Positions 23,770-36,059 of a stretch of 64,000 nt of DNA are shown here, one piece after another. A model generated the notes under the pieces. It was not told the DNA's origin. It worked only from the letters and a program-made list of their open reading frames with translations, and did no database searches. The position numbers were made by a program, and so were the translations under genes. Within the stretch, counting starts at the first letter, position 1, and every line of letters starts with the position of its first letter. The DNA comes from Anthoceros angustus (taxonomy: Eukaryota; Plantae; Anthocerotophyta), in assembly GCA_010909165.1 (NCBI GenBank), contig MU008176.1, positions 674,856-738,855 on the forward strand. Reading direction: 5' to 3'.

Positions 23770-26410
23770 GCATGTTGTTGGGGAGCGGGAGAGGAGGAAC
23801 AAAGGCGGGTCGGCGGTTGCAAAGGCAAGCACAACCAAAGCAACGGCGGGCGGTGTGGAGAAGCGTGGTATATCCAGCCGACGCGGAGTTCCAGACTCCA
23901 AACCCATCCCCTACACGTATGTGGAGGCAGTGCACTCACAAGGCACACCGGCTTGAGGACACGGTGCTTCAGCAAGATTGGATTTTGACACATCAAGAGC
24001 CGGATGAAGACAATGTAGTGTGGACTCCTATGTCAAGCTATGGATTTTTGGGTATAACGGCGCAAACCAAAGAGCAAGAGCGGTGGGTTTTGTGGGCAAC
24101 TATGGATGCGGGAGGAGATCCTCAAGTCCGACTTCTTTGCACATCACGGCCGTATGAATTTGAGGCACCGCCACAGCAGATGATTACATGTCTTTGTGTT
24201 GAAACTAGCATGCTTGCGAGAAGAAGTGTGAGCCAAAACAAGCTGTTATACTTTCCGGGAGGCTTTGCGAGGGGCCAGAATGTAAGGATACATTTTCATG
24301 TGGTTGCGAATGTTTGCGTGCACAGTGGCGATAGCCACATTCTAATATCGTGGATGTTTGTTTGCTCGATGCGAAATCTTTCTCTGAGATGTTTGTGTGA
24401 AGCCATCACGAACTCAATTGTGAGTCACCGAAGGAAATGTCATGGAGAACACGCTGTGACTTCCACTTTGCTTTGGATTTTGAGGATGACGAGGTGGAGT
24501 TCGGTCCTTCCGATGAGGAGGATGGGCCTATCCCGAAATCCTCGGTCACTCGATGTGGAGGCATCCAAGAGGAGGAGGACCGCGAGAAGGGCGAGGAGGA
24601 GAGGGAAAGTATTCGAGCCATGCTATATGTTACGAGCAAATTGGGGAGAGGAGGAACAAAGGCGGTGTCGGGCGGTTGCAAAGGCAAGCACAACCAAAGC
24701 AACGGCGGGCGGTGTGGAGAAGCGTGGTATATCCAGAGCATTCCCAAGGACGCCGGCCGGTGTTCAGACCCAAACCCATCCCCTACACGTATGTGGAGGC
24801 ATCCAAGAGGAGGAGCATCTTGTTGGGGAGCGGGAGGCACACAAACGCTTGGACACGGTGCTTCAGCAAGATTGGATTTTGACACATCAAGAGCCGGATG
24901 AAGACAATGTAGTGTGGACTCCTATGTCAAGCTATGGATTTTTGGGTATAAACCAAAGAGCAAGAGCGGTGGGTTTTGTGGGCAACTATGGATGCGAGCC
25001 AGGAGATCCTCAAGTCCGACTTCTTTGCACATCACGGCCGTATGAATTTGAGGCACGCCGCTCCACGTGATGATTACATGTCTTTGTGTTGAAACTAGCA
25101 TGCTTGCATGTAAAGAAGTGTGAGCCAAAACAAGCTGTTATACTTTCCGGGAGGCTTTGCGAGGGGCCAGAATGTAAGGATACATTTTCATGTGGTTGCG
25201 AATGTTTGCGTGCCTGGTGGCAATAGCCACATTCTAATATCGTGGATGTTTGTTTTGCTCAGACTGCGAAATCTTTCTACAGATGTTTGTGTGAAGCCAT
25301 CACGAACTCAATTGTGAGTCACCGAAGGGAAATGTCGTTGCGGAGAACACGTCAGGGACTTCCAGACTTTGCTTTGGATTTTGAGGATGACGAGGTGGAG
25401 TTTGGTCCTTCCGATGAGGAGGATGGGCCTATCCCCGAAATCCTCGGTCACTCTGATGTGGAGGCATCCAAGAGGAGGAGGACCGCGAGAAGGGCGAGGA
25501 GGAGAGGGAAAGTATTCGAGCCATGCTATATGTTACGAGCAAATTGGGGAGAGGAGGAACAAAGGCGGTGTGGAGAAGCGTGGTATTGCAAAGGCAAGCA
25601 CAACCAAAGCAACGGCGGGCGGTGTGGAGAAGCGTGGTATATCCAGGCGGCCGGTGTTCAGACCCAAACCCATCCCCTACACGTATGTGGAGGCAGTGCG
25701 CTCGGAGGCACACAAACCCGGCTTGACACGGTGCTTCAGCAAGATTGGATTTGACACATCAAGAGCCGGATGAAGACAATGTAGTGTGGACTCCTATGTC
25801 AAGCTATGGATTTTTGGGTATAGATGCTCGCAAACCAAAGAGCAAGAGCGGTGGGTTTTGTGGGCAACTATGGATGCGAGCCAGGAGATCCTCAAGTCCG
25901 ACTTCTTTGCACATCACGGCCGTATGAATTTGAGGCACCGCCACAGCAGATGATTACATGTCTTTGTGTTGAAACTAGCATGCTTGCATGTAAAGAAGTG
26001 TGAGCCAAAACAAGCTGTTATACTTTCCGGGAGGCTTTGCGAGGGGCCAGAATGTAAGGATACATTTTCATGTGGTTGCGAATGTTTATGCGTGGCGGTA
26101 CATTCTAATATCGTGGATGTTTGTTTGCTCGATGCGAAATCTTTCTCTGAGATGTTTGTGTGAAGCCATCACGAACTCAATTGTGAGTCACCGAAGGAAA
26201 TGTCATGGAGAACACGTGGACTTCCACTTTGCTTTGGATTTTGAGGATGACGAGGTGGAGTTCGGTCCTTCCGATGAGGAGGATGGGCCTATCCCCGAAA
26301 TCCTCGGTCACTCTGATGTGGAGGCATCCGAAGAGGAGGAGGACCGCGAGAAGGGCGAGGAGGAGAGGGGAAAGTATTCAGGCCATGCTATATGTTACGA
26401 GCAAATTGGG
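23770..26410 (+). repeat. ~0.88-0.9 kb unit in three copies carrying a disrupted ORF of unknown function
   Basis: ACACGGTGCTTCAGCAAGATTGGATTT at ~23960, ~24853 and ~25726. Recurrent peptides LDTVLQQDWILTHQEPDEDNVVWTPMSSYGFLG, QNKLLYFPGGFARGQNVRIHFHVV and acidic FEDDEVEFGPSDEEDG. Confidence 0.85.
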
Positions 26411-26419
26411 GCAGAGGAA

Positions 26420-26952
26420 GAAGGCGGATTACGGCAGCCCCTCCAGAGCATTCCCAAGGACGTCGGCACCCGAGCACCATGGGCGGAGTCCCCATTCCCG
26501 CCAGTAGATTTGACAACAGAGTCGGGAACCCCAAGCCTCCATCCGGAAGAAGGGCGGATTACGCAGCCTCCAGAGCATTCCCAAGGACGCCGCACCGAGC
26601 ACCATGGGCGAGTCCCCATTCCCGCCAGAGATTTGACAACAGAGCCTGAACCCCAAGCCTCCATCCAAGAAAAGAGAAGACTGGGACGGACAATATTCGC
26701 GGCAGATGAGTGCGGATGTCGGCGGGGTGGGCGCCGCATGCCGCGCCCGTGATGTCTTTGATGGTGAGGTTGGGCGCCGCATGCCGCGCCCGTGAAGGTC
26801 CCAAGGTGATGAGGAGGGCGCCGCATGCCGGGCGCCGCATGCCGCGCCCGTGATGGTGAGGTTGGGCGCCGCATGCCGCGCCCGTGAAGGTCCCAAGGTG
26901 ATGAGGAGGCGCGGCATGCCGCGCCCGTGAAGGTCCCAAGGTGATGAGGAGG
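26420..26952. repeat. ~120-bp duplication (26420-26660) followed by a GC-rich minisatellite of about six GCGCCGCATGCCGCGCCCGTGA-type units (26729-26952)
   Basis: Direct reading of the repeated CCAGAGCATTCCCAAGGACG...AGATTTGACAACAGAG and of the GCATGCCGCGCCCGTGA units. Confidence 0.85.
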
Positions 26953-27594
26953 AAGCGGTGAAGTGGCAAAGCTTGCCTCCAGAGCATTCCCAAGAAAAGA
27001 GAAGAAGAAATTGGGAATCGAGCAGGAGGCGGAAGTTTCGTAGGTGCATACGATGGCAGTAGGAAGTGCCTTACATGGAGGCGAGAAAAGCATAAGCGAG
27101 CATACCAAATCTCCTCCATGCGGCACAATCTTGTAGGGGCATAACCTCACAGTGATGCGTCACAATAAGGTGATAGGTGGGGACAGTGGGGGCCATGGCT
27201 GGAAGCCGTTGGCTATTGGTGACGTGGGAAGGACAAACCGCAAGCCGGCATGCTATAAAGTAGGGGTAGAAAGAGCCGTCGCTATTTACACGTATAGTAA
27301 ATACATAGTACCGTACCATGAATATGTACAGACCAGTGTACGTATGGAATACGCATAGTATACAAACTTATTTTATATGGAATTGAATACGCCCGTATAG
27401 CACTTAGAATAATATATTACATTTATCGCCGTAGACTACATGCATATAGTATAAGGATGTATTCGTACAGGTATTTATATATGGTCGTATTGAAGGGCGT
27501 ATTGGCGGTAACTACCAAGTAAAACGTGGTATTGCAAAGGGCAAAAGTAAGAGGGGAATAGTGGATGGGGAGGAGGTTCGGTACCAAGCCTCCA

Positions 27595-27850
27595 AAAGTG
27601 TTACAAGACCTCTCTTGTAACACTTTAGATGTTGCAATCATGTTGCAATTTTGAGAGAGGGCAAAACCACCTCTCTCTTCATCTTAACATAATTGCAACA
27701 CCATTGCAACATGATTGCAACAACAGCCGTGATATGGTTTCCAAGCCAAAGTGTAACAAGGGGCCCAATAAGTGTTACATGACCCCAAAATTGCAACATG
27801 AGTGTTACATCCAGGGGTCCAAATCTTAACATAAAGTGTAACATAGGGTG
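27595..27850. repeat. Cluster of perfect inverted repeats built from TGTTACA/TTGCAACA motifs
   Basis: 14-bp stem 27595-27608/27613-27626; 20-bp inverted repeat 27630-27649/27703-27722 enclosing an 8-bp stem GAGAGAGG/CCTCTCTC. Confidence 0.85.
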
Positions 27851-28699
27851 CCCTTTTCTAAGTAGGGTGTGGAGGTGATATTGCGTGCAGTGGACACCTC
27901 CCAGTTTTTGCTGTACACGGGGTGTAGGGTGTGCGGAACCATGTGATTACTTAACACCGCCGCAAGTGTGATGGATGGAGAGGGAAGGAGCTGAGGCATG
28001 GTGGTGCGCGTGCTCACCGATGGCAAAAGTGACGGTGGGCAAAACATGATAATTTTTAAGGGGTGAATAATCTCAAGGGGTTTTCCATAATAATCTCAAG
28101 GGGTTTTGATGGGCCCTAAAGCAGTTTTGAAGGCATTGCGAAAAACAATTCAAAAAAGGTGTCACCAAGAAAGTTACTACTTTCCATCCAAAGAATGTTT
28201 GTGTCGAATGGTGGTCACAAACTCGAACCTACGGAATAATGCAAAGTAGGAACGGTGAGGAAGGCCGTTCACGCGGAAGGACAAACCGCAAAGCTTATCC
28301 CTTATCGCTTTTGGGAGGCAAATGTGGTTTTGTTATGACACCATTAAGCCACGACGTAGTATTTCCTAACACAAGAATATCAAGAACTGACTTACAACAT
28401 TAACTCGGGACCACAGGAAAACGAGATTTCGCCACTCATCCCCGTAGTTCAATCCTTCTCATCACTTGGTCCAGCTTCTCCTCCATTGTCATTATTATCT
28501 TCAGCGGCACTTTGACTCGCAGGTTGTATTAAGCCACGCAACTCGCAAAGCTTATCCCTTATCGCTTTTTGTCCAATACGAGATGTTTTAGGAGGAGTAC
28601 CCTCTACACTCGACCGACCAAATGCTGGCTCGATTTCAGATGGCATTTGCTTCTAAGGTTAGCCTTCATTCCAAGGTTGCTTCTAAGGTTACCCTACTG

Positions 28700-30085
28700 A
28701 ATTTTCGATGGAAGTGCCACGATGTGGTGCGTGGAAGGAGGCCACAATGGCACGCGGAGGGAGGCGCCGGCCGGCCGCGCCTCCTCGCACTCCACCCGTC
28801 GGGCATAAGGTGGTGGTGGAGGAGGCGCCGGCGGCCGGCGCCTCCCTCCACGCACCACCACCCGTCGGGCATGCCCAAGGGAGGCGCCGGCGGCGGCGCC
28901 TCCCCTATCCGCCACCACCCGTCGGGGTTCTGATGGTAGTGCGGAGGGATGGCGCGGCCGGCGCCCGCCTCCCCGCACCACCAGCCGTATGCCGATGGGT
29001 GGAGCGCGAGCGGGCGCCGGCCGGCGCCCTCCACGCACCACCCATACGTAGGCCCACCGACGGTGGAGGGCGGCGCCGGCCGGCGGCCGCCCCCAACACG
29101 CCATGCCTTGCCCACCCTACGGGTGGTGCGTGGAGGGCGCGGCCGGCCGGCGCCTCCTCCACACGCCACCCATCGGTGGGCCTACAGCGGTGAGGCGGCG
29201 CCGGCCGGCGCCTCCTTAGCACCACCAATGGTGGCGGGTGGAGCTGGGGAGGCGCCGGCCGGCGCCTCCTCCTCCCCAAAGATGCCTAGTCATGGGCGCC
29301 GGCCGGCGCCTCCCTAGCACACTCGCCATGGGCGCCGGCCGGCCGCCCCCAACACGCCCGCCCGCCATGGGCGGCCGGCCGGCCGCCTCCTTAGCACCAC
29401 CAATGGCAGGGTGGAGCTAGGGGGCGCCGGCCGGCGCCTCCTCCTCCCCAAAGATGCCTAGTCATGGGCGCCGGCCGGCGCCTCCCAGCACACCGCCATG
29501 GGCGCCGTCACGGCCGCCCCCAACACGCCCGCCTCAGCGACATGGGAGGGCGCCGCCTCCCTAGCACACCGCCATGGTGCCGGCCGGCGCCTCCCTAGCA
29601 CACCGCCATGGTGCCGGCCGGCGCCTCCCTAGCACACTCGCCATGGGCGCCGGCCGGCGCCTCCCCTTGGGCGGCCGCCTCCCGCCCCACCAACACGCCA
29701 TGCCTTGCCCATGGGCGGCCGGCCGGCGGCGCCTCCCCAAAGATGCCTAGTCATGGGCGCCGGCCGGCGCCTCCCAGCACACCGCCATGGGCGCCGTCAC
29801 GGCCGCCCCCAACACGCCCGCCTCAGCGACATGGGAGGGCGCCGCCTCCCCTAGCACACCGCCATGGTGCCGGCCGGGCCCTCCCCTAGCACACTCGCCA
29901 TGGGCGCCGGCCGGCCGCCTCCCTAGCACACTCGCCATGGGCGGCCGGCCGCCGCCCCCAACACGCCCGCCTCCCCTTGGCGCCGCCGGCCGCCCCACCA
30001 ACACGCCATGCCTTGCCCATGGGCGGCCGGCCGCGCCTCCCCTAACACCTTGCCCATGGGCGGCCGGCGGCCGGCCGCCCTCCTC
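28700..30085. repeat. Very GC-rich minisatellite with palindromic core GGCGCCGGCCGGCGCC
   Basis: Many copies of GCGCCGGCCGGCGCCTCC with recurrent linkers CTAGCACACCGCCATGG and CCCCAAAGATGCCTAGTCATG. Confidence 0.9.
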
Positions 30086-33000
30086 ATAGTCTTTAAGAAA
30101 ATCAATATGTAGTGGCTCAATAATTTTGTAACTTGGGATTGTTGGTCTAGTGTGGGAAAAAGGTTTAATGATCCATGCAAGCATCCTTAAAATCAACAAA
30201 GTTGAGTTATTAAAAGATAAGAGATTTGAACCCGAGAACCTATTCCTCGCGCCGCCGGCCGCCTCCTCCATCGCCGCCTTCCACGCCCGAGGCGAGGCCA
30301 CGGCTGCCTCCCCTTGCTTGGGAGGGCGCCGCCGCCGCCCGCCTCCCCGCCTCAGCGACATGGGAGGCGATTGCCTCCCCACGGCCGCCGCCCGCCACCG
30401 CCTCCCTAGCACACCGCCATGGCGCCGCCAAGGGAGGCAAGGTGCCCTCTTCCTCCTCCTCCCCCATGTCCCCTCTTCCTCCCGCCTCCATCACCAAGGG
30501 GAGGCACACGGCCCCCATGGCGCCGCCAAGCCCCGCCGATGCTGCCGCCAAGGGAGGCCACGGTGCCCTCCCGCCTCCTCCTCCTCCTCTGCGCCGCCTC
30601 ACCTCCTACCCATGCCGCCGCCGGGATGGCACTTGCCCGCCGCCGGCCGCCCATTTTACGCCTCCCGCCTCCCGGTAGCCTCCATCGCCCGGGAGAGTCC
30701 CCTCCCTGCGCCCGCCCCCAATCACGCCATCGCCATGGTCAAGGGGACGAGCTCCCTCGCCTCCTCCTCTGCGCCGCCGCTGCGCCCTCCGAGTGCCGCC
30801 TCCGCCGCCATGGCGGAGGGGACGGTCCCCTCCGCCATGGCGCTCTCGCCCCCACTCCCTGCCACCGCCATCGTCAGCGGCAGCATCACAGGGAGCGTGG
30901 CCTCCACCATGGCTCCCGCGTCCACGTCGCCTCTGCCCTCCCCGCTTCCCGCCACCACCGCGCTCCGCTCCTCCTCCATCGCTCTTCGCCCTTCCACGCC
31001 CGAGGTGCCCTTTTTTCTTCACTCCCCCCCTTCCGCGCCCTTCTACGCTCCCTACTTTCCTATTGCGATGCACTTCCTCGCTGGCTGCCTCGGTGTCGAC
31101 GTTGGCGACTCCGCATGTCCTCGCAAGCTGGGGTTCCTAATTCGCAATGAGGTCTGCCGTTGTCTCTGCCTGCAATGGCCCGCCGCCCATTTTACGCTCC
31201 CCCGAATTTGCCTCCATGCAGTGTCTGGAAATGGCGGCTGCAGTTCTCGTGCCGCGTGCCTGCCACACTGCCGATCATGAACTCCAACTGTCCACCACCC
31301 CAGTTCGACAGCAGAACCGGGATGGCAACCAAAAAATTATGTCTCCGCGCGATTTGTCAACCCTTGAGGCCTTCCTTCTGTTCGTAGCCTTAACCGCCAA
31401 CTCCTTTTCTCTTCACATGACATTCGAGGTGGAGCGTATACTGGACCGCCCAAAACACAGCACTATTCAGAATCATTATTTGGGGTTTCCTACCAATTGC
31501 ATATCATCACTTTATCCGGGTCAGCCGTCTCGGTCCACGCAAATAGAAGCTGCGGCTGCCACCGCCACTATTACTACCATTGCGACTCATCGCACAAAGA
31601 TGGCAAGCTCATAATCGTACGTATAGCAAGCTAAAAACAACAAAGAAAAGTGTAGCTCGCTGACCTTCCCGCCGCTGCCGCATGAAGACAACGTCATTCC
31701 AACGTTTCTCCCTGCCTTCCATGGCACTCCGCCTCCTCCACCGCCTTCCGTTCCACAACGGCCTTCCCCGCTTGGGCCACCGCTCATCTTGCCCCGATTC
31801 CTTGCCCTTTGTCCCACCGGTGCTTCACCTCCTTCGGCAAAGACGGCATCATGCTACCGGACGACAACCGCCCTTCTTGCCGCCGTGTGTTGTGATCGTT
31901 AAGCTGCACCTGTAAGTCCTCCCTTCAGCCTTCCGCACCACCTCCTCGGCGTTTCCACTAGCCACTCGCGATGCAAACTCCTCCGCTCCCATTCCAAGGA
32001 GGTGCACAGCTGCGGAAAAGGCAGTTGCAACACGATAATTTTTGAAGGGGATATCGACTTCTCGTCATCACAAAGACCCCTTGTCACGAAGAACACCTTA
32101 CCTAGAACAAAGATATGTGCCCTACTTTGATAATGCACACACCCTTTCCGAGGTCATACTGATAAAAGACGACTTTCAAGTGAACACCTAGAACTGGAGC
32201 ATGAGGGTGGGGAGGGCAATCCGCCTCCTCCGCTTTTGTAGAATGTTTAGAGGCTGCCATTTTTATATGTTTATTACAACCGAAAAATTTTACTTTGAAG
32301 TGGTGGAACACAATGAAAACAATCACATTAGAGGGAGTCTCATTTTAATCGTCGTAAGAACATTGCAACAAACATCCGCTAAAGGAGGGAGTGGTCATCG
32401 GCGCCGACAATAGTCATTGAAGAGTGCGGCTGGCGACTCATCCATGCCTTGCATCGACACTGAGTCAAGAACCACCGCCATATTCCGGATGCGGTCCATA
32501 TCGTCCGCCTCAAAGTTATCGTTCTCCTCCATTTGCTCGTCTTCAATAGTATCATTCCTGGGCCCACCATCTGACGGTGTGGACTGCCACACAGCATCTA
32601 GGGTTTGCTGACCCTCATCCAAAAGGTCGCCAGTCGTAGTCTTCAACCTTCTGGCACTCAATGCAACCACTTGGGCTTTAAGGCAATGCCAGCGTCCTTA
32701 AAATGAACAAAGTGAGTTGCCCAGAGACCGCCTCCCTTGGCCATGGCAGCGGGTGAGGGCAGAGGTGGGGGGGAGGGCAATCTGCCCTCCACCATGTCGA
32801 TGGAGGCAAGGCGGGAGGCGACGCGCCCTCAATCAAGGGGCGTTGTGGCCTCCCACAGCGGTGGGCGCTAGGGTCGGGTGGGGAGTCCGAGTCCGGGCGC
32901 AGAGGCCGCCTCGCCTCCCACAGCCATGGAGGCGGGTGAGGCACAGCCGGGGGCATTGCCCTCCCATGGTTATGGAGGAGGGGGCGACATCGGGCAGAGG

Positions 33001-33767
33001 CGCCTCCGCCCGACCTCCTCAGGGGGAGGTCACTTTGCCCTCCCCGCCGGCGATGGCGGGCGCAGAGGCCGCCTCTCGCGAGAGGAGGCGGGAGCTGCCA
33101 TCCGAGGAGGAAGGCAACATGGAAGAGGTCGGGGACGGCGGGGTGGAGGACGCCGACGCAGGGGCGATGGCCGCCGCCGACGAGGTCGAGGGGGGTGGAG
33201 AGGATGGCGGATGGCTCGGGCATGGCGGTGGCAGTGCCATGTCCGCCGTCGCCATGCCCGAGCCCGAGGTCGGCCATGGTGGCGGGATGGCGATGACTGC
33301 CGCCGCCGAGACCGAGGCCGACGGAGGGCCCGGCGATGGTGGGAACGAGGCGGGATGCGGAAGGCGTGGAGGCGGGGCGGCGTCGTCTTTGAGGCGGAGG
33401 CGGCCCGGCCGGGCGGGCGGGCACGCGGCAGGGAGTGGACCGAGCGCTAGTCCGGTTGAGGAAGGCGGTTTATGGGAGGAATAACCAGATCGGTGGCGGC
33501 ATCTCGGCGTGGAGGGGCGGCGTCGTCTTTGAGGCGGAGGCGGAGGCGAGCCCGAGGTCGGCCATGGTGGCGGATGGCGATCGCCAGCAGGGAGTGGGCG
33601 CTAGTCCGGTTGAGGAAGGCGGTTTATGGGAGGAATAACGTTCCATCGGTGGCGGCATCTCGGCGTGGGCGGCGGGTGAGGCGGAGGCTCGGGAGGCGGG
33701 GCTGGAGGGGGAGGCGGGGCGGCGCTACGCTGAGCTCACGGTGGAGGCCAAGATCCGGCACACCATA

Positions 33768-33857
33768 GGAGGAGGAGGAGGAGGAGGAGGAGGAGGAGGA
33801 GGAGGAGGAGGAGGAGGAGGAGGAGGAGGAGGAGGAGGAGGAGGAGGAGGAGGAGGA
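33768..33857. repeat. (GGA)30 microsatellite
   Basis: 90 bp of uninterrupted GGA counted directly. Confidence 0.97.
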
Positions 33858-36059
33858 GGGGGAGCAACGGCAGCCGACGGCATGAGCGCCATGTCGGAAG
33901 AAGAAGGAGTGAGTCGCCCGACCCCAACTCCCGGAGGCGAGCACAAGGGGAGGAAGCGACCACGAGGAGTCGACAGTGTCCGAGTGGAAGAGCGGCCAAG
34001 GCGGGTGCCTCCGGCCCAATGCCCGGACGCTGTTGGAGGCGGAGGCGGAGGCTCGGGAGGCGGATGGCGATGAGCAGCGGAATGCTCGGCCGTCAGGCCA
34101 TTGAGGCACAATTAAGGTTCTCCTAGATGATCAAGCGCATGGACGACGAGGAGAAGTAGGCGTCGTCATCCCTTACGAGAGATGCATCAAGACGCTTTTG
34201 GTTTTTGCATAGTCGGGCTACGCCGTAGGAAGGCCGCAGTAGGAGATAGGGTTTGATGCTAGCTCTGCAATTTTGCGATGTGTGCAGTGGACATCCTTTT
34301 TTGATCAATGGAATGGCACCCCTTCGCTGTGAATTTTGGCTCTTTGCACGCAGCGTAAACATTCTTGGCGAGGTTGTTGGGTAGACGGCGGTGGTGGTGG
34401 TGGTCTGCCTAATGTTGCTGGAAGGTTGCCATGCCTGATGGCTACTGATACTGCAATATGTGGTGCTGCCGTTTGGCCTTCTCCCCTGGTGAAGGGCTGA
34501 GAGGTTTGCCGCCTCCTCTGAAGGCCCTGCCTGTGAAGGTTCAAGGTGGCTTTCATGTTACTGTTGGCCATCCCCTCTTCCTGTTTCGAGCCGGATCGTG
34601 CTTCTTCTTGTTTGAAAGAGGATCGTGGTTCTCATTGTTTCCAGCATCACGGGTTCCTTAAGGAATACACGGTCACAAAGTCCATAGCTACGAAGACGGA
34701 CGGGATGCGGCATGGTTCGCAAACCATGGCCGTGACACAAGGGCCGTCATTGCATCGAAACCCATGCCGCCGTGTAGGGTTTGTCAAGTAGATGGAGCCC
34801 CCGCCGTTAGGGTTTACGGCCATTGGATGCCATCGAAGAAAACTTAATGGCACAAGGTAATGCGGAAACATTCGAAAACATAGTGTCCCGTCTCTTTGTT
34901 TTCAAAGGTGAAAGCACTGAAAATTTTTCACGGACACCCGTTTCGAGGACATAGTGTGTGTCCCCTTTGGTGCTTGGCCGCTTTTGGTTAGGGCGCCAAA
35001 GCGGCCTTCTGACCATGTGCTGTGAAAAAGGAAACCGTACTGGAATCTAGGGTATATTCTGCAAGATCCCTACGCCTTGCATGGGTTTCGCGAAAAAAAA
35101 ATTGTCCCATCCCCTCTGACCCCTTTGGTATGCCATAGTTACATGGGAACCCAGCAAAAGAAGCAATTGCAAGAAATTATAGGCGGGTGTAGGTTACGGA
35201 TATGCAGATATGGAAAGATTTGATTTTTCATGTACGTATGGGTGGAGAATGTGTGGAGTATAGGTACGGCAGACAACAACCGGTGGGTGTTTGAAGACAC
35301 GAAAGTTAACAGCAAACGTGATTGACATCAGCAAAGCAGGTAGGAATAAATATCCCCGGTCCCCGGTACATGTGGGGCAATCCTTGTTTTTCATATTTTC
35401 CCGAGGAGCAAGGGGGGAACGACAAGGATGCAATCATCCGAAGTCGGAGGTAAAAGAGCAAAAAATACCAAAAAGGGAAGCACAGCCGTGGCCAGCAGTG
35501 GTACGGGCCATGGCCCATGGCCCATGGCCCATGGGGCCATCAGGGCTGCAGCCTTGGAAAGCCCGTGGTCGGCGTTGGCCGCTTTTGCGAGCAAAGGCGT
35601 CACCGGCTGGCTCCGAGCCCCCGCTTGCTGGTCACACGCTTGGGAGCCCGCGCTTGCGCCTTTTTGTGTGGGCCTCGTTTATCCACTAAACACCCCGGAT
35701 TTGCGAAGCACAAAACTGAGATACGAGAAAAAGCGGGTAGCGGGTAGCGCGTCGTGGACCCATTGGCCCGTTCCATGGCCCATGGAAGCAAAGATGCGGG
35801 CACGGCGGCCCAGGCGCCCCGGCGCTGTTCACACTCTCGGGGTGGGATGCGGTTGGTGGCGGAACCGAACCGGTGGGTGTGCTGATGGCGGACGCGATCA
35901 TGAGCAGACAGCAGCAGGTGCAGCATCTCCCGGCAAGCACCCGCGTCCTGCCCTGTCGGGCGGGGCGGGGCGGGGATGATCCACCAACAACATCAACCGT
36001 TTTTATTCATGTACCACACCACCGTTTTGTTAGTGAAGTTTATTAATATGAATTCCCTT

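Noticed and set aside
31423-31446. FEVERILD peptide resembling a chromodomain start
   Set aside because: The following YLVKW-G motif is absent and no integrase or other retroelement domain is nearby.
28666-34111. Long Pro/Gly/Ala/Arg-rich ORFs (e.g. 30150-31280, 32717-33484, poly-Gly at 33741-34073)
   Set aside because: Stop-poor because of extreme GC content and repeats; overlapping ORFs in most frames; no family motif.
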